Notes under the pieces: model-generated
What the model saw: only the letters and a program-made list of their open reading frames with translations
Told to the model about the DNA's origin: nothing
Databases searched by the model: none
Shown: in pieces, positions 13,478 to 27,622 of the stretch
How the letters are laid out: each line of letters opens with the position of its first letter
How positions within the stretch are numbered: position 1 is the first letter of the stretch
Translations under genes and position numbers: made by a program
Assembly (NCBI GenBank): GCA_964016885.1
Contig: OZ024742.1
Span: 99,696,001-99,760,000 of the forward strand
DNA: 64,000 nt
From: Eledone cirrhosa
Taxonomy: Eukaryota
Direction of reading: 5' to 3'

Positions 13478-14959
13478 AAAATAGATAGAAAGAGGAGATA
13501 TCGAGTGAAATCGAGAGACATTTTAATTTATGTCCCAAATTATGATACTTTACAAAAACATACATCAATATAGCAACATTATGATGTAGCATGTTGACAA
13601 TGACCAGTATTCTCAAATATTCTAATGGCATGTCTTTTTAATTTGGTATATGTAGTAAAATATATCTATTAACGTGGTGTCACTTTATATATGTAGTGTA
13701 AGTATGAAATATAAATACTGGAGTTGTTTGAGGTCAATGGATAGCAGTTTATCTGTTAACTATTTTAAACTTTCGCCATTTTTTTTCGCGGCTTCTCTAA
13801 GTTGGCTTGTCTCTGACAGTCTATTTGACCTCTCTCTGTCTGTGTGTGAGTGTGTGTGTGTGTATGTGTGTGCGTGCGTGTGTGTGTGCCTGTGTTCTAT
13901 TTCTTACATATTTTCATTATTTACTTTTTTTTTATTATATTTGCATTCTTCAATGTGAATCTTTAAAGTGTTGGTGGAAAACGCCCCGCAGTATTTGTTC
14001 CGGGACTCTGCACTCTGATTTCAAATTCCACGGAGGTCATATTTCCTTTCCATCCTTCCGGGTTCGATAAAATAAAGACCCTGTGTAGGGTGGGGGTTAG
14101 CGAATTTGAATAATCGTTAGAACGATGGACGAAAATACCCTGCGGGGTTTGTTCCAGTTCTCTGCGCACTGATCGAGGTCAATTTTTGTTTTCTATTCTT
14201 CAAGAAAACAAAGTACATATCTAGGGAGATATGTTGGCGGAATTATTTCAGCGTTGGACAAAATGCCTTGTAGTAATTGTTCTGCTTCTGTGCCTTCTGA
14301 GTTCTTCCGCGACGGCAGCGTTGCCAGCCGTATTGATCCTTGATTCTTCTTTGGATAACATGAATGTGGTGAAGTGGGGTGTGCTGCTGTGTAAGCAACT
14401 GCTGGTCTTCCACAGAAAACCTATCCCTATTCTGCACTCTTGAAATGTACTTTCCAGCTGTGGTCACATGGTCGACATTGCTTGACATAGGCCTTAGAGA
14501 TATTTAAATTATGCTTGTTTATGTGTGTTTGTGTGTGTGCGTGTGACAACAGGACATATGGTGATTAAGGGAAACGAAGAATTCAAAAAGAAAAAAAACG
14601 CTTCTAATATTATGTATATAATTACGTGCGTAGGTATGATGCACACAAACACACACACCCACACACTGACACACACACACACACATACATATATATATAC
14701 ACACATACACACACATATATACACACATACACACACACACGTGCATATCTATATGTGAGTGTATGTCTACGCTACATATTTTGTTTAAATATATCGCTCA
14801 TATAACTATCCTTAACGGATGCATAAATATAAATACAATCAAAATGGGTATTGAGATCAGACCACAGCTTATGGTCCGAATTAAAATTTTTAATACATAC
14901 TATTCTAAATATATTATATGTATAGATTAATTCTTATTTTAGTACATATATATATATAT

Positions 14960-15005
<46 letters not shown>

Positions 15006-15011
15006 ATATAA

Positions 15012-15392
15012 GGGCGGTGGATTGGTTGTATCGGTAGAGGGTCGGACGCCTGCTTTGCAGCATAGAGTTACGGTCCTTTATGGTCTGAGTTCAAATCCCG
15101 CCGAGGTTAACTTTGCCTTTCATCCTTACGGGGTTGATGAAATAAAGTACCAGTAATGCACTGGAATAATTGCTGGCCTTGTGCCAAAAGTAGAAACAAT
15201 TATTATTATTATTATTATATCCGTAGAGCGTTGGACGCTATGATTTCTAGCATAGTTACTTCCCTTTACGGTCTGGGTTCAATCCCGTCGAGGTTAACTT
15301 TGCCTTTCATCCTTACGGGGTCGATAAAATAAAGTACCAGTAATGCACTGGATAATTGCTGGCCTTGTGCCTAACGTAGAAACAATTATTAT
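15012..15392 (+). mobile_element. Two tandem SINE family A copies (second 5'-truncated)
   Basis: 15012-15215 and 15219-15392, each ending GTAGAAACAATT(ATT)n. Confidence 0.9.
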
Positions 15393-15404
15393 TAAAGCAA
15401 ATTA

Positions 15405-15519
15405 CTGAGTCGTGTTACACTATAGTTCCACCTGTGTCGTCACAGGAACATTAGATAGATAAGATTCTTGGCTGATGATAATGTGAGAACACAGGGGAAA
15501 CTCTGGAGTAAAATGACTC
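15405..15519. ncRNA. Old palindromic hammerhead element (+ core at 15472-15510; decayed mirror on -)
   Basis: CUGAUGA-..UGUG/AGAA/CACA..-GAAA-CUC/UG/GAG-UA; stem I decayed. Inverted diverged copy 15406-15453; related to 24243-24288. Confidence 0.55.
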
Positions 15520-18500
15520 TATACTATACTTAGTGATAATAAAAACATTCTTCGTCAGTATTGATTACTTCTTTCCGCTTCAGTCAACATCCCACACATA
15601 CATATATATAATATATATGCAGTCGAAATTTTATTCATGGTGTTTCCCTCTAATATCATTCGTATCATTGTAGGTATAAGGGCTGCCTCAACTTGTATCG
15701 GTGAATCACACAAATAAAACGAAAAAAGGGGAGAAATATAAAAATATAATATATATATATAAGCTACAGTCCAATGTAGAGACAAAGAAAAGTGAGAAGG
15801 AGGCAAAGAAAAGGTAGGAAAGGCGAATATAAGGAAGATCATACTGGTTGGTGTAACGTTTATTATTTGATAGACCCGATAAACCCACGTGACTAACACT
15901 TTCGAATATGAATCCAAAAACATGGGAAGCACGGGATAAAGACTACGTATAAAAGAACGGAAATGGCTGAGGGATATGTTGTAATTTCTTTGAACATTCC
16001 ATTATTTAATGAACTTTTTGAATTGTTAGAGTTCCGTCCGTTTTTGCTTCGAACCTCATTTTATTTTCATATCCAAAATGAGGATTTATTCTTCTGCATC
16101 AGTCACGATGCTCATGAAAATAAGCACTAGTAATACACGCCCAAAGTATGTTTATTACAAATTTGATTAATGTGATTTGTAAAATTTGGTAATGATGCCA
16201 GGTCATCAATGCTGAAAGAAAGGAAAGATGCCAATCTTCAGATGTGCCAAAGGAAACTATGTTTCCATAATTTTCCAACGCCGATATTATCTGCTGATCA
16301 CAACTTTAGAAGAAGGAAGTGGGATTTGAACTCAGGACACATAAAGAAGAGTTGGAAGCCACAAAGCATAGAATCCTGTCAAAGTATTTAATAATTCCGC
16401 AAATCCACCGCCTTTGGACTGGTACTTCATTTATCGAAAGGATAATTTGACCACCTTGGGATTTGAAATAAGAGTGCAGATTTATATAACAAATTAAATA
16501 GCGAAATAGAATTGAAATATATTGGACAATGACTTGTAGTGATTTGGTGATGTATTAGCAAAGATGACGTTGTGAGGGCCATGGGGCGAAAAAATACATT
16601 AATGAATGTAATTACTAACAAGCAGATCTTGAATTATAGTTACAATTGCTAAGAAGGTGATTAGTAATTATGAAATAGTTAACTATTAAAATAAAGTAGA
16701 ATTAATCTATTGAATTTAATTGACGTCGGATTTTACAGGTTCTTGTGTATTTAAGTGTTGTGTTAATGGCTCATAAATCCGGTTAGATGACAATTAAGAT
16801 ATGTGATGGAGTTATTACTATATATCTCAGACCGATGGATTGCCAGCATCGTTAGAATGCCGAACAAAATTCTTTCCAGTATCAGTTTCCACATTTTATA
16901 TTCTGGTTTTAAAATCTCGCTAAAGTCAACATTCACTTTCAGCTTTCCGGGTTCAATAAACAACTCCTCCACACCCACTGAAATTTAAATTATACAAACT
17001 ACGTAGGGTTCTGTCCCTACTACCGTACCTGGTGTTTTCTGAAACATTTCTTCGGCAACGAAAAACTTTCATTTCAAATTCAGAACATTATTACACTAAA
17101 ACTGTATTAGGAGGTGTATTGGAAAAATTGTTAGTACTTAAAATAAAATATTTTATGATATTTCTTCTGACGCATTACATATTGAGTTCAAATCCTGCAG
17201 AGGTAATCGTTGTCTTTCATCCTTTAGTAGTCAATATATAAAATACCAACCAAGTGCTGAGGTTGATTTAATCAATGAAATCCACCTCGTCTTCTGACAT
17301 TCTTCTGGACTTTACATACGTTAAGATGATTATTATGATCTCCTTTACAATTATTTCTTTGAATGTATTTAGTAAGATATTCCTTGTAGGATATAATCTG
17401 TTTGGTAAAATGAAATTGTTTGTGTATAAGAATGTCGAGATTAGACAACTCAATGAAGCAGGTGGTCTAATTGCGACTACATGCGAGAAGATAGCAACTG
17501 ACTGCGAAAAATGGTAGAGAGCTAAAGTGAAATAAATCAAAGTACTAGAAGAAACAACGGAAATAAAATACAGAAAGACCCAAATGAAGCTCTTCGACAC
17601 TGGCTGTCTATAGGCCTATGAAATAGAGAGCTTCAACCCTGTGAAAGAGCGGAGCATTTCTCATAGTCTTACTTCATTATTTGATTAATTGATTAAGAAA
17701 ACACTTCTGACACAAAGACATACCTTGAAAGAGATTGTGTATGTGACTAACTGAAAATATTGTTAACAATGTCCTCGTTGGGTATAAGTACATATTATTT
17801 ACATTGGAGATACTTACCTAAAAACATGCAAACTGTTGCTATATGTTGTACTTCTAAATTTATAGAATCTTTAATGTTTGGGTTAAAATCCCACCGAGGT
17901 CAGCTTAGTCATTCATCCTTCCATGGTCGATAAAATAAAGTATCAGTCAAGTATTGTGTCGATAAAATAGACTGTTTCCTTCCAACAATATATCTGGTAT
18001 TGTGTTTATGTTAGAAACGACTATTATTAACTACCTTCAAATAATTTCTTTGAAAATATTTATCAAAATAATCGTTCTAGGGAAGTGAGCTATTTGGTAT
18101 CTCACTGAAAATGTCATGCATTGTTCAGGAGGCCTCCGCTATCCATGAAGCATTCAAAATATTGTTACGCATCGGAAAGGCGGCGGAATGGCAGTCATTG
18201 GAGTGTGTATTGCGGTATTTAGTGATGGTGCTTTACACTGTGATTTCACATACCACCGGGTTTAAGTTTGCTCTTTATCCGACACAGGGTCGATAAAGTA
18301 GAGTATGAGTCAAGTACGGATGACAGTTTAATCGACTACAGTTCTCTCCGAAATGTGTGGGTTTGCACCGATATTTAGTGAGGTATATGTTGCATTGTCT
18401 GTGTGAAGTTTTATATTATCAATATCATTATACAATAATTTACCATATAATATCGCGAAGAAACATGATTGTGCCCGTAGATTGTGCCCATAGATTGTGC

Positions 18501-19493
18501 CCATAGATTGTGCCCATAGATCTATATTGACAAGTTGATGCACATAATATCCTATCTGGGTAATATTTTCGGCACAGAAAAAGAATGTCAGAATCTCACC
18601 TTTTAGAGGAAATCAAAATGCGGGACCTAAGGGAAAAGCGTGAGGCGGATGGCGAATGAGAGAAGATAAAAGACATGTGTTTTCGGGACTGCTTGAATTA
18701 AGGTTGAATGGCAATTTGTTGTTCAGAAAAGCAAAGCATATCATAGATGATATAAGGAAATAAAGAGAGAAGACAGAGAATGAAGAAACTGAGATGTATG
18801 TATAGGCTTTAATAACAAAGCTACTGCTAAGTACGAATTTCAACCTACAATGTATGGCAGTTTTTCAAGCATAATTGCGAACCAATTTAGAAATCTACGA
18901 AATAATGATAGCCACAATAGTCTATATATTCTAGAAGATAGATATAAAAGATCTGAAATATGTTGAGACTGCACACTATAAATATATCTGTTTCACTTGT
19001 CCATTAACTGAACAGATGTTTCTAGCTACATGTTGAATATATAAAACTAGTTAATTTTACTAACTTAATAAATTCAATGATATGGAGGTTTAAACAAGAA
19101 TCCATTAGAGAAGACATGTTTTTAAACTAAACATTATAGCTAACATACTCTACTCGTTTATATTCATACATATGTATGTAGTTATGAATATATTTGTATG
19201 AATTTATATATATATATGTATTTACACATTTATCTCACTATGTTTAGTCTGTACATACATTGAAATATATGTAGAGAGAGAGGGGGGAAGAGAGGGGGGT
19301 CCAAAATACACTAATATATACTAATGGATATATATATATGGATATGCTTGTAATAATGTGCATTTAGAAAACGTTTTCGTTAATGGAGTTTTGTTAACCC
19401 CATGTTATTGCGTTTATTGGGTTAGTAATGCGAACCAGTTATATAATTTGAACACTTAGCTACACACATATGCACGCACATACCCAAACACGC

Positions 19494-19551
<58 letters not shown>

Positions 19552-19620
19552 AAAAAGAGATGAAATCGAAAATGCAACTGCAGTCTTATTTTTTTTTAAA
19601 ATATATATATTTATTTGGTT

Positions 19621-19658
19621 CCTTTACCGGTTTCGCAGTTCTTCTGCTTTTCAAAAGG
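19621..19658 (-). ncRNA. Mirror copy of the U3-A8 hammerhead
   Basis: Exact reverse complement of 19732-19769. Confidence 0.7.
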
Positions 19659-19731
19659 TGAGTTGAGATGGAGGGTCTGTGGTTTTTCTCACATCCCTCC
19701 ATCTCAACTCACATCCCTCCATCTCAACTCA

Positions 19732-19769
19732 CCTTTTGAAAAGCAGAAGAACTGCGAAACCGGTAAAGG
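19732..19769 (+). ncRNA. Minimal type I hammerhead, U3-A8 variant
   Basis: CCUU-UUGAAAA-GCAG/AAGAA/CUGC-GAAA-CCGG-UA-AAGG; palindromic ACCGGU stem III. Confidence 0.7.
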
Positions 19770-19920
19770 AACCAAATAAATATATATATTTAAAAAAAAA
19801 ATAAGACTTCAGTTGCATTTTCGATTTCATCTTTTTTCTTTATACTTTCACTCGTGTAGGACACCTCGATTATTTTTCATTTTGTAAAAAAAACCTCACT
19901 TTCTAATATATATATATAGT

Positions 19921-20652
19921 AATAATAATAAAATTGAAGACTAAAATCCAAAGAGGGCTCGATAAGGAAAATATATATCAAATATATAAGAACCGTGTGC
20001 GCTTCTTATATAAGTATTTATTTACTTATATACGTTGATATAATTATTTATTTATTTATTTGTACACAAGGATACACACACACACACATATTTATATGTG
20101 CGTGGTTTTGTATACCTATGGTAAGGTTATGCGTATGCTTGTGTATGTACGTATCTGTTTGCATGTATGTATTTATTTGTTTCTATTACTTCTGTATTGT
20201 ATTTATTTACTTTATTCTTAACTCTGTAGCGGAGATTAATTTTAGTCTACGACTTCTGCTATACCATTTACGTGGTTTTGTCTTTGCGTGCTATTGTTCT
20301 CCACGCTCCACATATGACTTATTATCTTCGTTTTTTCGTTCATTGCCAGAGAACGTCTCTATGCACCACCTAAGAGAACATTAGTCTACGACCTCTTTTA
20401 TACCATAAACGTGGTTCTGTCTTTGCGCGTAATTGTTTTTCACCGCTCCTATTAATGACGTATTATTCGTTTTTTCCCGTTCTTTGCCAGCGAACGTTAC
20501 CACGAACCAAAGTATTCCTGTCTTCCTCCGGTTGCAACGTTTTTTGAAATATCCAGTTCTGCGTTTACAGATTGACTTTGTTAGTTTCAGAAGATCCCGT
20601 TAAGGGTGAAAGCAGCGATTCTTTGCTTAAACTTTAATCTGTTATTTTAATA
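19921..20652. mobile_element. Non-coding element family C: inverted tail (19921-19996) + sense body with hammerhead-like motif
   Basis: Body matches the reverse complement of 53941-54420, while the tail matches 53860-53934 directly. Internal ~130-bp duplication at 20242-20500. Confidence 0.75.
20583..20633 (+). ncRNA. Hammerhead-like motif with A4 core (CAGAAGA)
   Basis: AGUUU-CAGAAGA-UCCC/GUUAA/GGGU-GAAA-GCA/GCGAUUCUU/UGC-UU-AAACU; all three stems form. Confidence 0.6.
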
Positions 20653-20653
20653 A

Positions 20654-20718
<65 letters not shown>

Positions 20719-20751
20719 CATACATATATATACATATATGTACCATCACAT

Positions 20752-20817
<66 letters not shown>

Positions 20818-20962
20818 ATGTGTGTATAGAAGTTTTATTTAATTTGTTGGAATTCCGACAAACATAAATGTTTATAACTGATTTAGAGCACTCAACATGT
20901 TACTGGAGTAAATATTCCATGATATTAAATAAATGGAAACTATTTTTATAAAACCATATCTA

Positions 20963-21023
20963 TTTATTATATATATATTTCAAGGGCAACCAAGCCAACC
21001 TTGGTGCGCTTTCATCAGATAAA
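20963..21023 (-). ncRNA. Type I hammerhead ribozyme motif (mirror arm)
   Basis: Reverse complement of the 21162-21226 motif with an intact core. Confidence 0.75.
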
Positions 21024-21161
21024 ATACAAAGTTTGTTTTATAAATAGAGACATACCCATGGAGATTCAACCTTATCGGTCGGTAATTCTCTATCCAGTGA
21101 ATTTCCGACCGATAAGGTTGAATCTTCATGGGTATGTCTCTATTTATAAAACAAACTTTTC

Positions 21162-21226
21162 ATTTTATCTGATGAAAGCGCACCAAGCTTGACTTGGTTG
21201 CCCTTGAAATATATATATAATAAAAT
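21162..21226 (+). ncRNA. Type I hammerhead ribozyme motif
   Basis: AUUUUAU-CUGAUGA-AAGCGCACCAAG/CUUGA/CUUGGUUGCCCUU-GAAA-UAUAUAUA-UA-AUAAAAU. Confidence 0.8.
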
Positions 21227-21502
21227 AGATATGGTTTTATAAATATAGTTTCCATTTATTTAATATCATGGTATATATATATGTATATATATAAAATATA
21301 TATATATGACTGTGTTGTTATTTCTATTTACCTTTTATATACATATATACACACACACACACACTAACACCCCACAAACATATATATGTATAAATATATA
21401 TATATATATATAAATGGAAAAAATGAAATTTCATTTCTCACTCTTAGTACGGCTGATACTAAAATATAAGTATGTATACGTACATACATATATGTATACA
21501 TA

Positions 21503-21566
<64 letters not shown>

Positions 21567-21659
21567 CACTTCAATGTAATTATATATGTGCATCTCCTAT
21601 GACATCAGCCTCTGAGAGATTATTCAGCACTCCTAGATGCACCTCGTGTACATCAGAAG

Positions 21660-22560
21660 ATGATGTTGCAGCAAACCCGCTGGGGGAGATGGAATCTGGC
21701 CCGAGATGTTAAGAGCATTAAATAGAGACGGTCTCTGGCTGACTCATGTCTACCGAGCTGCCTCGTTCTCTGGAACGGCACCTAAGCAATGTCAGTGGGA
21801 AGTGATACTCCCAATTGTGAAAAAAAAAGAGACAAGAGAGATTGTTCCAATTACTGAATGATCTTCTTGTTAAGACTCACCGGTAAGGTATATGCAAAGT
21901 GTGTGGCAAAGTGATGCAGAGAGATTGTCGAGTCTGAGCTAGGTGATGAGCAGTGTGGTTTTCGTCCCGGATGCAGCACAGCCGACTAAATATTCACACA
22001 GCGGCAGATCCTCGAGAAATCGTGAGACTACTGCCAAGATGTATATTCCTGTTTTGTCGACCTTGAAAAGAAATATGACCGCGTTCCTCGTGACCTGCTG
22101 TGGAAGGTTGTACAGGAGTATGGGGTCGATGGTTAGCTCCTTGCTACCCTGCTGTCTGTATACCAATGTCCGAGTATTTGTGTTCGGGTGTTAAATCAAA
22201 ACCATTCAATGTGGAAATCGGACACCACCAATGGTTAGTCATGTCACCTCTCCTGTTCATAATTTACATGAAGAGGATTAACAGCGCAGCCGAGTTGGAA
22301 ATGGTTTCAAGACAGGTGGGTGTAAAATCGGTCGATTAAAATATGCAGACGGTACGGTGTTATTAAACTTGACAGAATGTGATTTCCGACATGAACTTGA
22401 TAGGTTTGATGCAAAGTGCTGCATGGTTGGAATGAAAATCAGTGCTTCGAAAACTGAGACGCTCGTCTTCTCAAGGAAGCCTGCGCTATGCACTCTGCAT
22501 GTGAATGGAGTTACACTGAAATAGGTAGAGAGGTTCAAATATCTCGGGACCGTATTCACG
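21660..22560 (+). pseudogene. Decayed RTE-clade LINE reverse transcriptase fragment
   Basis: Manual translation with stops and frameshifts: DKRDCSNY*, GKVYAK, DEQCGFRPGCSTAD*IF, QILEK, CFVDLEKKYDRVPR, SPLLFIIYM, YADG, VERFKYLGTVF. Confidence 0.85.
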
Positions 22561-23025
22561 CAACTAATCACATCCTTTCTAACTTGACCGCTGCCACGTC
22601 ACGATTCTTAGCCATTTTTGAATGTATTTTTGGCGCGATCACTTTGGAAAATTAAATGTCTTATTTTGAGCTCGCTCCTGATGATTCCGAAGCTCTGGAC
22701 ATTCCTTGTTATCGGATGTCTTAAAATACGGATGAAACCATGGTAATTAGGTATGTACGCAATTCTTTTAAGTTCGATTTTACACCTAATTGTGTTTAGT
22801 TGACTGTATATCTGGTCGAAGTTTACATGCTGTCGAAATGTTAGATAAATAATCTATTGTAGCCACCACGAAGGGGCTGCTTTCGGTTATTTGTCGGAGA
22901 TTTCTTCATAGGAGCCTTTATTCTTATAGCTTGGTCTAATTGATTTTTTATACGGTTAATTATACTAATTGGGAGAGGAAAGGGTATATATTATATCTAG
23001 TGATTCTAAAGACATATTTTATGAT
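22560..23025. repeat. Unclassified dispersed repeat, copy 2 (see 9410-9905)
   Basis: Collinear similarity in the same orientation. Confidence 0.75.
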
Positions 23026-23132
23026 ATATAGCCCTGATTATTTAATTTAATTTATTAATTTCTCATTGAGCCACAACGTTACCAGTTGCAAAACACATAT
23101 ATATCTATGACTTTATATATATATATGTAAAT

Positions 23133-23582
<450 letters not shown>

Positions 23583-23743
23583 GAACCAAGCTCTCAAACC
23601 AGTTGAATGCACAACATGAAAACAAAAACAAGAAGGAATCATATTTGAACCGTGCTCTATTTGATACCGAGATTGCACTCAAACAAAGGGCGCTGCCCCA
23701 GCATGGCCTCATCCGGATGTCTGCAACAGGTAAAAGAGTAAAA

Positions 23744-23778
<35 letters not shown>

Positions 23779-24126
23779 ATGTAGAAAAGTAACAAATGAG
23801 TTGATATATACAAAAACAAATCATAGAAAGGAAAACGATTTTTTCAGTAGAAAATATTAAAGAGATTCTTTCAGTGAAATATGAAAACATTAATTTATTT
23901 ACAATGCCGATTTCAGCACTATATGCATTGTCAATTGCGGATATGGAGAATATTGTTAAGTTGCATATTTATACAAATAGTGATAATAATAATAATAACA
24001 ATAAAACGAGGAAGGAAAATTAATTTTCACAGAAAACAGTTCATTTCTCTGTCCATCCTTCTCTGTTTATTAACAGAATCTCTTCAACACTTTCCACTGA
24101 AAAAATCTTTTTTCTTTCTACTATTT

Positions 24127-24207
<81 letters not shown>

Positions 24208-24242
24208 CATGTACTCAGTTTATTAAGACTGAATAGGGAGTC

Positions 24243-24288
24243 GTGTTTCTCTGGAGTTTCGCTGTTTTATCACAGGGTCATCAGAAAA
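24243..24288 (-). ncRNA. Decayed hammerhead motif
   Basis: CUGAUGA-CCCUGU/GAUAAA/ACAGC-GAAA-CUC/CA/GAG; UH site and stem I mutated. Confidence 0.45.
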
Positions 24289-24417
24289 TATATAAGTATG
24301 TAATAGATGTTAATAGTTTGCGACACACAATTACAATACTATCATTTAATTTTTATATCGAATAAACGATTTATTTCTTTAAATCCTCTCTTTTTCTGCG
24401 TATCGATTTCTGTGTAT

Positions 24418-24636
24418 AGCCGAAGGAAGCTATAGCCACACACTCACTGCTAGAGCTTCAAAGGTGAGCGGGGCTTTTTAACTATTCTTTGGGGTATATA
24501 AGGAGGCTTCCTACTCAAAGGAAGCTATAGCCATAAACCACAACTAGAGCTTCTAAGGCGAGCGGAGCTTCAGCCCAGCGACGCTGAAGGAAGCTATAAC
24601 CACAGAACCAGCGCTAGAGCTTCCAAGGCGAGCGGT
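24418..24636. repeat. Three diverged copies of a ~50-bp core
   Basis: AAGGAAGCTATA.CCA...CTAGAGCTTC.AAGG.GAGCGG at about 24423, 24518 and 24587. Confidence 0.75.
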
Positions 24637-25413
24637 GATTCTTTCATATTCTACCTTCATCTAGTTAACAAATTCTTCTTCTTCTTCTTCTTCTTCTTCT
24701 TCCGGGAGGGAACAATTTGAGTATGAACAGTCTTTGCCAATTAAAATTAGCAGTATTACAATGATTTAACCAGTAGTGATACCATTAAGCCACGAAGACG
24801 TTTCGAAATTTTAAACATTTAAAAAAGATTATATTGCAAATATTAACATTTGGAATCTTTACGGTATTACTTATGTATTGATTTGCTGAAGTATTTCACA
24901 TCGTTGGATAACGGATTCGGTTATTCTATCAATTAATAAAGACTAATATATACGTTTACTGGAAGGCAGTTTCATTTAAAATGTCTCCAAATCTGACAAT
25001 ATCACTTTTAGTAACTAGATGAAATATATACCTATCTCTACCACATATAATATAGTGAACATTTTTTTTTATAGTTTATCGAAATATAATGGCTAAGGTT
25101 TCTTATGACGGAAATACTGAAAAAATTATAACCCACACCGAACCCTTTCAGCATCACATTGCATAACACGCTTAACAGATCCTCCAGTTCAAATTTTGGT
25201 CAGGTCTCCCTATCATCATTTCGAGGTTGTCAAAATAAACTGCCAGTTTTTTTATAAACTCATATTCTAGACATTCATCTTTGAAACGAACGATTATGGT
25301 CTTTCCAGGTTTCATTAAATATCCTTCCGTAGCGGCACTATTTATTCTGTCATTCATTTATCAGCCACTACTTATAACGTTATTTATTTTCATATTTCCA
25401 CAACAAACAACTA

Positions 25414-25473
<60 letters not shown>

Positions 25474-25474
<1 letters not shown>

Positions 25475-26458
25475 CGTTTCTGAATTTGTTTAGCAAGATT
25501 CTTTATCTGAAATCGTGTGTTGAAACCGATATTGTTATACTTTGGGAGGGTCATGTTGCCAATAAGAAACACACGCACCAGTTGCTTTCACTTCAATTTA
25601 TTATAATAAATTTATAATAAATTTATAAATTTATAAATTTCTGGTTGGTTGGTTGGCTCCACAACCAGATAGTTGTTTATATATAGTCATAGTTCTTTCG
25701 TCACACACTCTGTGACCTCTTCAGTGACTGGGGATTCCTTTCTTTGTTTCTGTGCCTCTCCTTTGTTCTGTCCTACGCCATTTTGTTTCTGTATGTGTGT
25801 TGTGTGCTCAGTCTGCGCATGCGTCACATCCGGGTGTCTGTGTGTGTGTTTATGTTCAATTATTTATTTGTTTATTTACATGTTACTGGTTGGTTGTTTG
25901 TTCTATGTGTGTGTGTGTTTTCATTGTGTCCTTAATTGTAAGTTGTGATGTGCTGTTCCACTCAAATTTTCTATTTAATTTTGGTTGTAATTCTTTTATG
26001 TTTATTGCCTCTGTAATTTGTCTAAACATTGCGTCTTTTCTGTGTGTAGATTTTATTTTTATTTCTATGTTCTCTAATTTACCCTTGTGTTCTATTTTAG
26101 CATGTTGGTAGAGTACAGATGATTCTTTACTATCTTGAAGGTCTCGCCAGTGTTCATGTATCCGTTCCCCTACACTACGAGCTGTCTCAACTATGTACAC
26201 TATATTTTTGTCTCTACATTGTCCTTCAGTACATCTTATGCTATACACTACATTTCTAGTTTTACAGTTAATATGGGGGCTTACAGAGTGTATGACGAAA
26301 GATCTATGACTATATATAAACAACTATCTGGTTGTGGAACCAACCAACCAACCAGAAATTTATAAATTTATAAATTATTATAAATTCATTATAATAAATT
26401 GAAGTGAAAGCAACTGGTGCGTGTGTTTCTTATTGGCAACATGACCCTCCCAAAGTAT

Positions 26459-26466
<8 letters not shown>
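25474..26466 (-). mobile_element. Penelope-like element 3' fragment (GIY-YIG) with short inverted arm
   Basis: Minus arm 25474-26283 encodes NVVYSIRC..YIVETARS..ITEAINIK (ORF 25883-26323). Plus arm 26283-26466 repeats the 3' UTR without the 55-nt tail. Flanked by (TA)n. Confidence 0.9.
25685..25729 (-). ncRNA. PLE 3' UTR minimal hammerhead
   Basis: AGUCA-CUGAAGA-GGUCACA/GAGUG/UGUGAC-GAAA-GAAC-UA-UGACU. Confidence 0.8.
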
Positions 26467-26500
<34 letters not shown>

Positions 26501-26509
<9 letters not shown>

Positions 26510-26790
26510 TAAAAGGAAAAGATAATGCTGACAAATTGTTCCCAGCGAAAAATAGTTTAATTAGGAATAAGTAAAAATTAGTAATAAGTATTGGTTAGTA
26601 TTCAGCGTTAGTTTTAAGTTTTTACCGGTTGCGCATTTCTAATGCTCTTCAAAAATAATTTTGAGATAGAGCGCCCGTGATGTTTGGTCTAATTATTCCT
26701 AATTAAACTATTTTTCACTGGGAACAATTTGTCAATATTTTCTTTTCCTTTTACCAATATATCACAACTCGTGTTTTACAGCTCTATTCT
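26501..26790. mobile_element. Partially palindromic mini-element with decayed hammerhead (minus strand, 26619-26656)
   Basis: Arms 26501-26570 and 26693-26762. Inner minus strand UUGAAGA-GCAU/UAGAA/AUGC-GCAA-CCGG-UA-AAAA. Right-side tail; in (TA)n. Confidence 0.6.
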
Positions 26791-26792
26791 TA

Positions 26793-26880
<88 letters not shown>

Positions 26881-27484
26881 TTTTTGTCTAGACGGCATTT
26901 AGAAAATGTGGGGTTCAGTTCCTCATAGCAGTCGTTGGCAAATTCTTTTTCCTTCTTTTAACGGTTTTCACCCTATTTTACAAGCTATCTTTATAGCATT
27001 TTTGCTCTTTCTTTATATTTATATAATTACATATATTCTCAGCGCTTAAAAACCGAAAAATTGGCTCCGTACATTCTTTATATATATACGAGTTTAATAT
27101 CCCTTGGGATTCCATATCAGCAGAATGTATGTTACAATGTATCAATTTAAAATTGCGCACATAGGAATCACAAAGGAACCAAATCCCACTCGAATCTTAC
27201 ATTAAATTTAGATTCACATACTGCACCTGAATAAAAGTCACGATGGTCACGGTTTGAATGCTTCATAAGTCTGACCTATCATGTCTTATTTGGTTTTAAA
27301 AATTATTACTACTACTACGCTAAGGTAATATTTTGCAAATCTCTTAATATACGCATGTAGGATTTCCCACTTTAGGATTTGAACTTAGGTTTGCACGACA
27401 ACTTGTCATAGAACAGGACACCAGTCGGTCACAAGATTAATCCCCACCCCAGCCACACCCCACACCCCACACACACATCAAGCT

Positions 27485-27622
27485 ATTGCTGGTACTTATA
27501 TTCAGCTGAGTCAACTGGAGCAACCTTAAATACAGTGCCTTGCTTTAGAACAAAATGCGTCGCCCGATGCAGTGATTGAAACAACTAGATCGTGAATACA
27601 ACAGCTCTAACCAATATGCCAC
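27485..27622 (-). mobile_element. Old SINE family B (tRNA head, CORE-like body)
   Basis: Reverse complement reads TGTGGCATATTGGTTAGAG...AGCAAGGCACT..TTGCTCCAGTTGACTCAGCTG. Confidence 0.55.

Larger units (their letters stand above)
19545..19905. mobile_element. Palindromic hammerhead mini-element in (TA)n
   Basis: ~130-bp arms 19545-19675 and 19715-19844; 20-bp duplication at the centre; tail 19845-19905 on the right only. Confidence 0.8.
20826..21271. mobile_element. Palindromic hammerhead mini-element (family D) in (TA)n
   Basis: ~170-bp arms 20917-21088 and 21098-21271; tail 20826-20916 on the left only. Confidence 0.8.

Noticed and set aside
17440-17600. Possible RTE C-terminus remnant (TCEKIATDCEKW)
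   Set aside because: Too short and degenerate to call.
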